A program made the translations under genes and the position numbers. From Candidatus Woesearchaeota archaeon (GTDB lineage Archaea > Nanobdellota > Nanobdellia > SCGC-AAA011-G17 > GW2011-AR18): DNA of 64,000 bases. Position 1 is the stretch's first letter. Each line of letters starts with the position of its first letter. The stretch lies in contig JAGVZG010000004.1 in the NCBI GenBank assembly GCA_018302765.1, positions 16,878-80,877 on the forward strand. The letters are read 5' to 3'. Below are positions 9,861 to 19,254 of the stretch, piece by piece. The notes under the pieces were generated by a model that did no database searches, was not told the DNA's origin, and saw nothing but the letters and a program-made list of their open reading frames with translations.

Positions 9861-9944
9861 TTTGTTTTCTTTGATTTTATGTGAATAGATAGTACGTTGA
9901 TTTATAACACCACTGTATAATAGTAATATTTATAAATCATATAT

Positions 9945-10832
9945 TTGTTCCAGCTAACTATGTCAAGAGTAAAGAAAGTAGGATTGCACTTCGATATGGA
10001 AATGCTTAGAGTAGCATCTGATATTGAAACGAGTGCAAAAACTTTAGAAGATTTGTGTACGGAATTAAAAAAACAAACTCAACCGCTTAAAAGAGCTAGA
10101 AAAACTCTTGTGGATGCATTCAATGTATTTGATGATATTGATTACAGTTTAAGTGACAGTTTAGGCAACTGTATGTTTGGGAATATTATAATTGAAAATT
10201 ATGATTTAGTTAAAAAAACAGTATTGAAAGGCATAAATAATTATTTAGGGGTAATTGATGCTTTTAATAGTCCACCTTTTAATGGAAAAATTGAACATGT
10301 AAACTTTGACAACGAGCATAGCGACGCTAGAGATATGCGTACTGCTTTAAAAGCACATGACTTACTTGGCATTGTTTTAGGAACTTTCATAGAAACAAAA
10401 TTAAATGTTCCACAATTAGTTGGTTTGCTGTATAATGAAATTGCTGCTTATAATAAATATCTAAGAGACCGTTTTGTTAAATCTAATGAAACTCCAAAAT
10501 TGCAAACAGCAAGGATTTTAGTTGTTGGTGAAGAAGAACAAAGGGCAAAATATACTAAGATTAAATTAATGGATGGCAATCCTGTACTTACAGAAGTTAT
10601 GTTAAGTATAATGGAAAAATTGCCTGAATACAAAGAACGTACAGTTAGAGAAAAAGGAAGAAATAAAAAACTGAGAGAGGTAAGTAATTTTGGTGTTAGT
10701 GACTCAGTAGATCATATTATTGCTTTCTCTAGTCCGAAAATATTAGAATATATAAAAGATCCGAAAAAATTCTTTGCAGAAGTAGCTTCTGGCCTAAGAA
10801 TTTACTATGACGTTGTTGTGCCAATACTATAG
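9945..10832 (+). CDS. Hypothetical protein, possibly the N-terminal part of the downstream AAA ATPase
   Basis: 295-aa ORF, 26 nt upstream of the ATPase ORF. Confidence 0.55.
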   Translation: MFQLTMSRVKKVGLHFDMEMLRVASDIETSAKTLEDLCTELKKQTQPLKRARKTLVDAFNVFDDIDYSLSDSLGNCMFGNIIIENYDLVKKTVLKGINNYLGVIDAFNSPPFNGKIEHVNFDNEHSDARDMRTALKAHDLLGIVLGTFIETKLNVPQLVGLLYNEIAAYNKYLRDRFVKSNETPKLQTARILVVGEEEQRAKYTKIKLMDGNPVLTEVMLSIMEKLPEYKERTVREKGRNKKLREVSNFGVSDSVDHIIAFSSPKILEYIKDPKKFFAEVASGLRIYYDVVVPIL

Positions 10833-10858
10833 AACCTAAATGCAGAGAATTACCTATA

Positions 10859-12316
10859 ATGTCTTTGTTAGAAATGGATAACAAAATGGAAGAAGCTTTA
10901 ACTCATGATAACAAAATTGTTTTTAGAAATCTTAAAAGGATTGAAGATACTGACTTTGATAGTATTATTCAGAATCCTGATGATATTTTTCCTGAAAATA
11001 GGCGTGAAAGAGAATTCTTTGAATTAAGAAGTGAATTGCTTAGAACTTTATACGAAACATTAAACAGGCTAACAAAAATAGAAGGAGACAATGCTATAGA
11101 AGAAAAAGAAAGAATTGCTAAAGAAACAGTTCTTAGAGGAGTAGAGTTAAGAGCAGACATTCATGAAGTGCTTACGCCTAGTGCAACAAGGAAATTAAGA
11201 CAAGACAGAAGAGATGAAAATGAGTATTATGAAGGCGTTCAAGGCGCTATTGGTATGTTTGGTTTTGAAAGAAAACCTACGCCCCATGTCAAATTAGAAG
11301 AAGTTATTGGCAGTAGTTTTGATAGAGCTAAGAATCATTTAATGGAAATCGTAGAAACTGGTGTTTATAGCCGTATTATGACTCTAAGCGCTCCTGGTCG
11401 CAAGGTGAGAAGTAATATTCTTTTAATAGGTCCTTATGGTTGCGGTAAAACAGAACTTGCTAGGGCAATTTGCGCAGATAAAAGAGTCATAGGAGCTAGT
11501 GTAAGTGTAGCAAGCACATTAACAGCTTACTTACATGAATCTGTAAACAATGTAAAAAGAATCTACGACGCTGCTAAGAAATTATATGTAGAAGGAAGAG
11601 AAGATAAACCTGTAGTTTTAGTTCTTGATGAATTTGATGGCTGGTTTGCTAGAGGAGAAAGTGGATCTTTAGTAACAACAGATATGCATCAAATAGAAAA
11701 CATTTTACTTGAAGTTTTGGACGGCATGGGTGACTATAATGGAATTATTACTATGGCAATGACAAATAAGCCAACATTAATTACTGGTGGAATATTAAGA
11801 AGATTCAGATATGTTGATGTTGTTGGTCAATTAATTACTCAAGAAAGAGCTGATTTACTTAGAATGTATTTAGAAAAAAGCTTGCCAGTTGATAGCGAAG
11901 TAAAAGAAAGTGATTATAAGATATGGGCTGAAAAATTAGAATATGCACCTGGTGATGTAGTAAGAAAGGTTGTTGATGAAATTCATTTTAAGTTATTACC
12001 TGAATATTTGAAGACTATGCCTAGAGAAGCTAAATTAGTTGAAAGGGTTTTGGACAAAAGAGAAAAAAGAGCTGGAGTTTTAAGTGATAAGGATATTGCT
12101 TACGTTAAAAATAAATTGGCTGACTATAGATCTATTAGTGCATTAGAAATAAGCAGAGCTGTTGATGATTTGTTACTGCAACCACCAATAAGAAAACAGA
12201 TTGAAACTGCAAAAGTTGTTTACAGAGAAGCTGGAGAAATACTTGAGGAAATTAGTGGCGCTGGAACAAATCCCTTAGGAATAAAGAGAGAGAAAATATT
12301 TTTAATTTTAGATTAA
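10859..12316 (+). CDS. AAA+ ATPase
   Basis: Walker A GPYGCGKT, Walker B VLVLDEFD, sensor-1 MTNKP, LRRF arginine-finger region. Confidence 0.88.
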   Translation: MSLLEMDNKMEEALTHDNKIVFRNLKRIEDTDFDSIIQNPDDIFPENRREREFFELRSELLRTLYETLNRLTKIEGDNAIEEKERIAKETVLRGVELRADIHEVLTPSATRKLRQDRRDENEYYEGVQGAIGMFGFERKPTPHVKLEEVIGSSFDRAKNHLMEIVETGVYSRIMTLSAPGRKVRSNILLIGPYGCGKTELARAICADKRVIGASVSVASTLTAYLHESVNNVKRIYDAAKKLYVEGREDKPVVLVLDEFDGWFARGESGSLVTTDMHQIENILLEVLDGMGDYNGIITMAMTNKPTLITGGILRRFRYVDVVGQLITQERADLLRMYLEKSLPVDSEVKESDYKIWAEKLEYAPGDVVRKVVDEIHFKLLPEYLKTMPREAKLVERVLDKREKRAGVLSDKDIAYVKNKLADYRSISALEISRAVDDLLLQPPIRKQIETAKVVYREAGEILEEISGAGTNPLGIKREKIFLILD

Positions 12317-12399
12317 TAAACTACAATTTTAAATGCCAAACAAATTTAGTTTTATTACATATCAAATGTTAACTTATTGTACCTAAATACAAAAATTAA

Positions 12400-12566
12400 T
12401 GGCGGGCCCGACGAGAATTTCATGAACGTTTCTTTCAAATAAAAGTTCTTTTGAACTCGCGACCCTCTGCTAGCTTCCATATAGCTAGAAGGCAGATGCG
12501 CTATTAGCCCACCTTCTTTCGTGAACATTTCTTCCTAAGAAAGGTTCCAGGCTGCGCTACGGGCCC
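12400..12566 (-). tRNA. tRNA-Arg(TCT) with three introns: 19/20 (12505-12546, 42 nt), 37/38 (12472-12485, 14 nt) and 59/60 (12417-12449, 33 nt); CCA encoded
   Basis: Spliced 78 nt GGGCCCG TA GCGC AGCCTGGATA GCGC A TCTGC CTTCTAA GCAGA GGGTC GCGAG TTCAAAT CTCGT CGGGCCC G CCA; BHB helices GCCT/GGGC, CTTC/GAAG, TTCA/TGAA. Confidence 0.93.
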
Positions 12567-12590
12567 ATAAATAAAAAACTATGAGCTTCC

Positions 12591-12598
12591 TATTTAAA
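12591..12598 (-). promoter_or_regulatory. TATA box of tRNA-Arg
   Basis: TTTAAATA at -32..-25 from mature +1. Confidence 0.6.
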
Positions 12599-12644
12599 GT
12601 TTACTAACAACAATATTTATATTTAACTTAAATTTCTTTAATAG

Positions 12645-13799
12645 ATGCTTAAAACTCCAAAAATATTTATGCCATTTAAAGGCATTTATTACCTTACATT
12701 TATTGTTCTTATAAGTTCTATAGCGACCTCAATGCTAATGCCTATATTTCCTTTATACATAAAAAGTTTTGTCTCAAGCAATGCATTGGTTGGATATGTA
12801 AGTGCATTTGTAGGTGTTTTACTAGTAGTTTACAGTTTTTTGATTCCAAAGTTGTTTATAAAAATTAAAAAATTAACTTTAGTCAAAGTTGGATTTTTAG
12901 GCCTAGCTATCACTCAAATAATATTTACAGTTTTAGTTAATATAAAACAATTTCTTATATTAGAAATTATAAGAACATTCTTTTTACTATCTACGTATCT
13001 TGCAATTGGCTTATTTGTCAGAGAATATAGTTCCAGATCTACAATGGGCAAAGCTGAAGGACAATATTTTACAATTTCTAATTTTGGCTGGTTAATAGGC
13101 CCTTTGTTAGGCGGTTTATTAGCAACTGCATATTCATTTGATATTGTGTTTATATTTTCTGCTGTTCCACAGTTACTTTTAGCTATAATTTTATTTTTTA
13201 TTCCATTAAAAGAAGGGCCAACACATGACAATCATAAAATTAATTTATTTGATTATTTAAAACATAAAGATCTATTAGTATTATATTTGCTATCATTCGG
13301 TTTATTCGCGTGGTGGAATATTATTTATACATATCTCCCTCTTTATGCAAATGCTTCAGGGTTTTCTCCAAATACAATAGGCTTTGCGATGTTTTTATCA
13401 GCTATTCCATTAATATTACTTGAGATTCCAATTGGAAAACTAGCAGATGGCCATGGATTTAGAAAATATATATTTACTGGCTTTATAATAATTGCAGTAA
13501 TAACTCTATTCAGCAATTTAATAAGTCCTTTCTATAAAATTATGTTAATCAGCCTTGCAACTATTGGTGCAGCATTTATAGAACCTTTATTGGAAACTTA
13601 TTTCTTCAAGCACTTAAGAAGCAAAGAAGATGAACATAAATTTTATCCAATATACAAAAGTTCTTCACATTTAAGTAATATAATAGCACCATTAATTTAT
13701 TCTACAATACTTATTTATTTTGATTTTAAAGGATTGTTTATATTTGTCCCTATATTTATGTTATTTTTTGCATTTATAGCTTTAAAATTAAAAAGATGA
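12645..13799 (+). CDS. MFS transporter
   Basis: About 12 TM segments, GKLADGHG motif A, GPLLGGLL. Confidence 0.88.
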   Translation: MLKTPKIFMPFKGIYYLTFIVLISSIATSMLMPIFPLYIKSFVSSNALVGYVSAFVGVLLVVYSFLIPKLFIKIKKLTLVKVGFLGLAITQIIFTVLVNIKQFLILEIIRTFFLLSTYLAIGLFVREYSSRSTMGKAEGQYFTISNFGWLIGPLLGGLLATAYSFDIVFIFSAVPQLLLAIILFFIPLKEGPTHDNHKINLFDYLKHKDLLVLYLLSFGLFAWWNIIYTYLPLYANASGFSPNTIGFAMFLSAIPLILLEIPIGKLADGHGFRKYIFTGFIIIAVITLFSNLISPFYKIMLISLATIGAAFIEPLLETYFFKHLRSKEDEHKFYPIYKSSSHLSNIIAPLIYSTILIYFDFKGLFIFVPIFMLFFAFIALKLKR

Positions 13800-14374
13800 A
13801 ATTTGTAATAGAACACTTAACAGAAAAGCTTTATGACTGGTGCTTAATAGAATATAGACATATTTCGAGAATTGTTGGCAAGAAAAATCTGATTTTTACC
13901 AATGTCAAGAATCCTGCAGATATTAAAAAACTCAAAAATTTGGGAGAAGTAAAAAGAGAAAGTGCTTTAAAATTAAACTTAAAAAATGCTTGTTTATTAG
14001 ACCCTAAAGCAAAAGACACCCTGAAAGTTAATGAGGCAAAGAATTTTGATTATTTTATATTTGGAGGAATTTTAGGAGACTTTCCAGAACAAGGAAGAAC
14101 TAATAAATATCTGACTTCTAAATTAAGAAGTGTTGAAGTAAGAAATTTAACAGAAAAACAAATGTCTACAGACACAGCAGTTTTAGTTACAAAAATTATA
14201 AGCAAAGGAACTGGCTTAAATGACATAAAATTCATTGACAATCCTTCTATTGTTCTTAAAAAAGGCAGGCTTCAGGAAGAGGCTAATCTGCCTTATAGGT
14301 ATGTTTCTGAGAACGGCAAGCCCATAATAAGCAAAGAGTTGTTAATGTATTTAAAGAATAAAAAAGACTTATAA
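13796..14374 (+). CDS. SPOUT-class SAM-dependent methyltransferase (Sfm1-like)
   Basis: FVIEHL...EYRHIS, FIFGGILGDFPEQGRT, QMSTDTAV. Confidence 0.8.
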   Translation: MKFVIEHLTEKLYDWCLIEYRHISRIVGKKNLIFTNVKNPADIKKLKNLGEVKRESALKLNLKNACLLDPKAKDTLKVNEAKNFDYFIFGGILGDFPEQGRTNKYLTSKLRSVEVRNLTEKQMSTDTAVLVTKIISKGTGLNDIKFIDNPSIVLKKGRLQEEANLPYRYVSENGKPIISKELLMYLKNKKDL

Positions 14375-14408
14375 GAATATTTATAGATTTTTCGTTATTT
14401 TATTTTAT

Positions 14409-14798
14409 ATGGAACCTAAATCACTTGGAAAATTTTCAGCATTTGCTGGACTGTTTTTGGGTATGTGCAATTCTGGTATCAACTTAGAGTTTTATATGCA
14501 GCAACGTGAATTACATAGTTATCTAAACCGACATGGAGGTTATGATAGAATTTGTGAAAGAATGAAAGAGTCTAGAAAACAAAGAAATGAAATCGACTTA
14601 AAATTGGAAGACAAAGCTGGCGTAACAAATGAATATGTTATTAATTACAAAGTTGATCCTGAACTAATAAGGGGTGTCTATGCTATAGATGATTATCAAA
14701 ATATTAGAGATGCTGCAAATGGATATACTTTATTTTTCTGTCTTGTTGGTTTGCTTGGACTTGGCTTTATTTATTATGAAGAGAAAAATAATTATTAA
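14409..14798 (+). CDS. Hypothetical membrane protein
   Basis: 129-aa ORF with N- and C-terminal hydrophobic segments. Confidence 0.55.
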   Translation: MEPKSLGKFSAFAGLFLGMCNSGINLEFYMQQRELHSYLNRHGGYDRICERMKESRKQRNEIDLKLEDKAGVTNEYVINYKVDPELIRGVYAIDDYQNIRDAANGYTLFFCLVGLLGLGFIYYEEKNNY

Positions 14799-14822
14799 GT
14801 TTATTATTTTTTAATATGAATT

Positions 14823-15221
14823 TTATTCCAAGTATTTTACTAAACTTATTACTACTGTAGGTTTTCCTCTTCTTATTAATATTTCACACGTTGTATATTT
14901 AAGAGCTCTACTTGGTCTAAAAGGATTTGCATGATAATATAATTTTGCTTCAGTAATAGTATATGGCAAAATTATTGGTTGTATTGTAATTTCAGCCAGA
15001 CTAAACAATAACTCTTTTTCTCTTCTGCCATCTAAACTACTTAATTCAACTAGTAAAGCTTCTAAATTTTTGTAATCTGTAAATTCGCGTCTTTCTTTAC
15101 TTTGATATAACAATCTAAATATCTCCTTAAATCTGTCATTAAAAATATCAGTTTGATCTACTAAATCTGGATCAACTTCTAATATTATTTTAGACATTAA
15201 TTTTTCATTTATAAAATTCAT
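14823..15221 (-). CDS. Hypothetical protein
   Basis: 132-aa ORF filling the space between neighbouring genes. Confidence 0.5.
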   Translation of the reverse strand: MNFINEKLMSKIILEVDPDLVDQTDIFNDRFKEIFRLLYQSKERREFTDYKNLEALLVELSSLDGRREKELLFSLAEITIQPIILPYTITEAKLYYHANPFRPSRALKYTTCEILIRRGKPTVVISLVKYLE

Positions 15222-15293
15222 ATTTAAGAATTTATATAGTGCAAAAGTTTAATGGAACAATAGATTTAAATTCTATATATTTACATAATTTTT

Positions 15294-16022
15294 ATGGAAA
15301 ATAAGGTATTAGTTCTAGCAAGCGCTATTATAATTATATTTGTCTTAGGCATTGTGCTAGGAATTTCTATAAATTCTAAACAAAAAATTGTAAATGAAGC
15401 AAACAGAACAATAAATGGTTTGATGTATAAAGAAATATCTATTGTAGGCTTAGACGATAAAGGCAGAGGTGTGTCTGCAATAGTTGCTGTTGAAGTAAAA
15501 CCTGGCAGCGGATTAGTTTTGGTTAATATAAATGATGTATTGGCAGATTACTTAACTCAATTTAGTGCAAGAACTGCTTCTAAGGTTGCCTCTAATTTTA
15601 CTGGAATAGCCCTTTCATCATTGGATGTTGTATATAGAATAAAAGCCAATGCTTCCACTATAGAAGGATCTTCTGCTGGAGCTGCCATGACTTTAGCAAC
15701 TATTGCTGCACTGGCAAATAAAACAATAAATCAGTCTGTTTTTATCACAGGAACAGTAGATGAAAATGGAACCATAGGTATTGTAAGTGGAATAAGTGAA
15801 AAGGCAAAGGCAGCAAAGGAGCGTAAAGCATCGTTATTCTTGATACCTTCAGCAAGCTATGCAGTTGGCTATGACAAGGTTAAAAAATGCAAACCTTTAG
15901 AAAATTTAAATTATTGTGAGGTAGCTTATGTTCCAAGAAAATCTGAACTAAGCGAATTACTTAAACTAGACATAAAACAAGTTAAGAACATAACACAAGC
16001 AGCAAATTATGCAATAATATGA
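15294..16022 (+). CDS. Membrane-anchored Lon-like (S16) serine protease domain protein
   Basis: N-terminal TM; IEGSSAGAAMT (catalytic Ser), ITGTVDENGTIG.VSGISEKAKAA (catalytic Lys). Confidence 0.85.
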   Translation: MENKVLVLASAIIIIFVLGIVLGISINSKQKIVNEANRTINGLMYKEISIVGLDDKGRGVSAIVAVEVKPGSGLVLVNINDVLADYLTQFSARTASKVASNFTGIALSSLDVVYRIKANASTIEGSSAGAAMTLATIAALANKTINQSVFITGTVDENGTIGIVSGISEKAKAAKERKASLFLIPSASYAVGYDKVKKCKPLENLNYCEVAYVPRKSELSELLKLDIKQVKNITQAANYAII

Positions 16023-16600
16023 AAAACAAAACAAATTACAGACAGAGTATATTTTTTTTATTTGTTATTATAGTAGTATTGCTAAATATCTTTATTTTAT
16101 ACATAAATTACAAGACAAGCAGATCACTGGGAGAAAGATCTGATTCTGAAGAATTATTAAATTATACCTTGCCTGAACTGAATTTATCAAATGATCCTTT
16201 CTCTTTGGAAGGATTTAAGAAAGTCAAAATTAATTTAACAGATAAATTACTTGTTATACAAGTTAACTGCAGCGCTATAGGTTTAGCTGTACATGAAGTT
16301 CAATTATATTCTATAAAACAAGGTTTAGAAAAAGCTATAGACCTCAGACCAACAGTGCATGATACTATGCTTGATATTCTTAATAATTTTAATATAAGCT
16401 TATTTATGGTTAAGATAACTGATGCAAGAGATGATTTGTATTTTGCAAATATTTATCTAAAGAATGGAAATAATGTGTTAAATATAGATGCAAAACCAAG
16501 CGATGCTATAGCTCTTGCAGTAAGGTTTGGTGCACCAATTTATATTAAAGACAGCATTATAAATAATTACGGTCAGAATGTATGTACAGAAAAGCAATAG
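16019..16600 (+). CDS. Bifunctional nuclease (DUF151/BFN) domain protein with N-terminal TM
   Basis: RPTVHD, VKIT, YFANIYL, IDAKPSDAIALAVR. Confidence 0.85.
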   Translation: MKNKTNYRQSIFFLFVIIVVLLNIFILYINYKTSRSLGERSDSEELLNYTLPELNLSNDPFSLEGFKKVKINLTDKLLVIQVNCSAIGLAVHEVQLYSIKQGLEKAIDLRPTVHDTMLDILNNFNISLFMVKITDARDDLYFANIYLKNGNNVLNIDAKPSDAIALAVRFGAPIYIKDSIINNYGQNVCTEKQ

Positions 16601-16889
16601 ACATTATCAGTTGCTAGATGTTATTGGATTTGCAGATATTATTCCTGATAGTGGATTAGTTTCTAAAGTTATTTCTGCTTTGGCTGATGAATTAGAAATG
16701 AAAACAATTGGAAGAGTCAGAATTTCTGAAGATAAAAATGGAAGTTATTATATGCAATTAATAAGAGAAAGTCACATGTTTGTTTATGTCAGTAATAATG
16801 GACTAATTATATTTTCAATACTTTCCTGCAGATATTTTGATCAAAGAAAAACTACTGCTTATGTTAAATCCGGATTAAAAATTAGATAG
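16578..16889 (+). CDS. S-adenosylmethionine decarboxylase-like protein
   Basis: QLIRESHMFVY resembles the pyruvoyl cleavage motif (L..ESH); ILSCRYFD; N-terminus short or divergent. Confidence 0.55.
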   Translation: MYVQKSNRHYQLLDVIGFADIIPDSGLVSKVISALADELEMKTIGRVRISEDKNGSYYMQLIRESHMFVYVSNNGLIIFSILSCRYFDQRKTTAYVKSGLKIR

Positions 16890-16891
16890 TG

Positions 16892-17248
16892 TTAAACTGT
16901 TATCTTGCTTGGCTCAAACCTTTTCACATTTTTTATTATTAAATCACAGAGCTTTTCTATTTCTCTTCCTGTTTCATCATCACCAAACCATTCCTGTTCT
17001 TTTATATCTCTTTTAATTTCATTTACAAGATAAACTTCTAAATTTTTTTGATGGTTTTTTAACATTTCTCTTCTTTTTTCTGTAGGTATATTTCTTGCTA
17101 TGAAAGGCGTTTTTAGATCATACACCCATCTATCTAATATTTGAGTGTACCTCTCTTTTACTCTTGGAGTCATAGATGTTTTTTTAATCAGAAATATCAA
17201 TTCTTTTAGTAGTTCAATAGTAGTTGCTAAAACAGCCTCATTTCCCAT
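16892..17248 (-). CDS. Hypothetical protein
   Basis: 118-aa ORF. Confidence 0.55.
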   Translation of the reverse strand: MGNEAVLATTIELLKELIFLIKKTSMTPRVKERYTQILDRWVYDLKTPFIARNIPTEKRREMLKNHQKNLEVYLVNEIKRDIKEQEWFGDDETGREIEKLCDLIIKNVKRFEPSKITV

Positions 17249-17407
17249 ACTATCAAAACATGATTATTTATTTTTAAACCTTTCCTTTCACAAATGATTG
17301 TATAAGTTAGTTAGATATTTCTCCTTAGTTTATGATTTTGGTTTCTCTTCTAACTTAAAATAGCCTGTGGATAATTTTATAAATTATTTGTATTTATATT
17401 CTATAAA

Positions 17408-17928
17408 ATGGTTTTAGATATACTTCAATTAGAACGTGCAAGAGCTGTTAATAGTATGCTGGGCGGTAGAAGAACTCAAGCAAACTATATGACTCCAGAG
17501 AACAGGCATTTTCTAGAGACTCTGTAATTGTATTAGAGCTTGGTGAAAGAGTTTTAGAATTTGACTCTGGACGAATATTTTATGGCAATACAAAATGGAG
17601 TTTACACTCTTATGGAGCATTTCAAAATAATCAACTACAAGATGCTGCAGAATATTTATTAAGTCATCATTTACCTCCACCAAGTATTCGAGATTCTGTC
17701 AATAGAATTATTGCTGATTTAAATGGCTCTGGAATTGATAGATCAAGAATCTCAGTTGTCTATCCCAAAGGAAGACCAGACCAGCCCAAATTAAGAAACT
17801 TGGACATTCCTAGTAGAGAAATTAGACTTAGTGCGCTTGACCCTTGCACTATAAATTGTTTTGAAGATAATAAAAGCCAAGGTTTAACGGACTGCCAAGG
17901 AGCAGTTATGTACTTACGTGATTTATGA
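17408..17928 (+). pseudogene. Frameshifted hypothetical gene absent from the ORF track
   Basis: ATG at 17408 in a frame that stops at 17527; an overlapping frame is open from 17470 to TGA 17928 (153 codons, no early ATG). Confidence 0.55.
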
Positions 17929-17942
17929 CATAGTTATTTTAG

Positions 17943-19160
17943 TTAGATTTTTAAAATATATTCAGCAGCAGTTCTATATTTCCCACCACCATATTTTGAA
18001 GATTTAATTTTTTCTATAATTCCTTCTTTTTCAAATCTTTTAAGCCAATTTGTAGATGTTCCTAAATTTTTATAATTCATCTTCATTTTTAGTTCTATAG
18101 AATTTATTTTACCATTGGATTTACATAATTCTATTATTGTTTCCCTAATTTTTAATGGCTCTTTATATCTTTGAAATCCATTGCACATTTGAGTGAATTT
18201 TTCATCTTTATCCTGCGATGGGATTTTTATTAAATTTCTAAGTTTTATTAGATTATTCCTTTTTGTTATATTAATTTGCCATCTTGTCCTTATTTTACCC
18301 TTCTCTGTAGGATAAACTCCTAAATTATAAGTTTTATATTTGATGCCCAATATATTTAATATTTTCAGTTCTGATTCAAATAAATTAAATTTTTGATTAA
18401 AAATTTCAGATTTAATTTTATTAGGTAATTTTCCTAACGGAATCTCCTCGCTAATACTTGATTTGAATAAATTGGTGACATCAAACGACCTCCTCCATAT
18501 TATTGACCTTCTATATTTTTCTGGTTCATACTTCACTTCTCCTTCATCTGCTATTGTCTGTTCAATCCAACCCAACATATTTTCTGTGCCATTAAAAATA
18601 AAATCTGGAAGTTCTATATTATTATCCGCCTTTGATCCCTTTTTTTTCATTATAATAAAAACAATATCTCTCATGATTGAAGTAAATTCTAAAAATTTCT
18701 TATCTTTATAATCTCTAAATGGAATTTCTTTTATATTTCCTCCAAAACAAGTTAAATAATCTTTAATAATAGATCCCCTCAATGTTTTATCAAAATTATC
18801 ATACATCAATCTGCCATAACTATTTTTATTTTCCTTTGTTAAACATCCATCGTTCATTATTCCAGCGATAAATCTAGCAAATGCCCTGCCTTTAATATTA
18901 ATTGGCAATATTGGGTTGTGAAGGCCTTTACTATTAGACCCGCCGATCCAGACAATATTTCTTTCAACAAGATCTAAATCCAAATTTAATAAATTTACTA
19001 TATTTTTTATTGTCTTTATTCTTATTTTTTGATTTTTGATTTTTCTAAATTGACGATTTAATAAATTTTTATCTTTTAGATTTTCAATAATATTATTTTT
19101 AAAATCTTCTTTTAGCAATATATAATTTCTATTTTCCGGAAGCTCCCAAAAATGGATCAT
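17943..19160 (-). CDS. Stand-alone LAGLIDADG-like endonuclease domain protein with C-terminal winged helix
   Basis: Two motif-like helices, ARFIAGIMNDGCL and LGWIEQTIADEGEV; C-terminal wHTH (NSIELK...STNWLKRFEKEGIIEK). Confidence 0.6.
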   Translation of the reverse strand: MIHFWELPENRNYILLKEDFKNNIIENLKDKNLLNRQFRKIKNQKIRIKTIKNIVNLLNLDLDLVERNIVWIGGSNSKGLHNPILPINIKGRAFARFIAGIMNDGCLTKENKNSYGRLMYDNFDKTLRGSIIKDYLTCFGGNIKEIPFRDYKDKKFLEFTSIMRDIVFIIMKKKGSKADNNIELPDFIFNGTENMLGWIEQTIADEGEVKYEPEKYRRSIIWRRSFDVTNLFKSSISEEIPLGKLPNKIKSEIFNQKFNLFESELKILNILGIKYKTYNLGVYPTEKGKIRTRWQINITKRNNLIKLRNLIKIPSQDKDEKFTQMCNGFQRYKEPLKIRETIIELCKSNGKINSIELKMKMNYKNLGTSTNWLKRFEKEGIIEKIKSSKYGGGKYRTAAEYILKI

Positions 19161-19254
19161 TTTTATATTTAGTTTTTATTATTTATAAATGTGTGCGTTG
19201 CGTTAATGCAAATTTTTCAATAACTTTAAAAAAGATTAGTTTTCTCTAATTAAA

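Noticed and set aside
9945-12400. Integrated element between tRNA-Cys and tRNA-Arg
   Set aside because: No integrase and no duplicated tRNA 3' end (att site) found.
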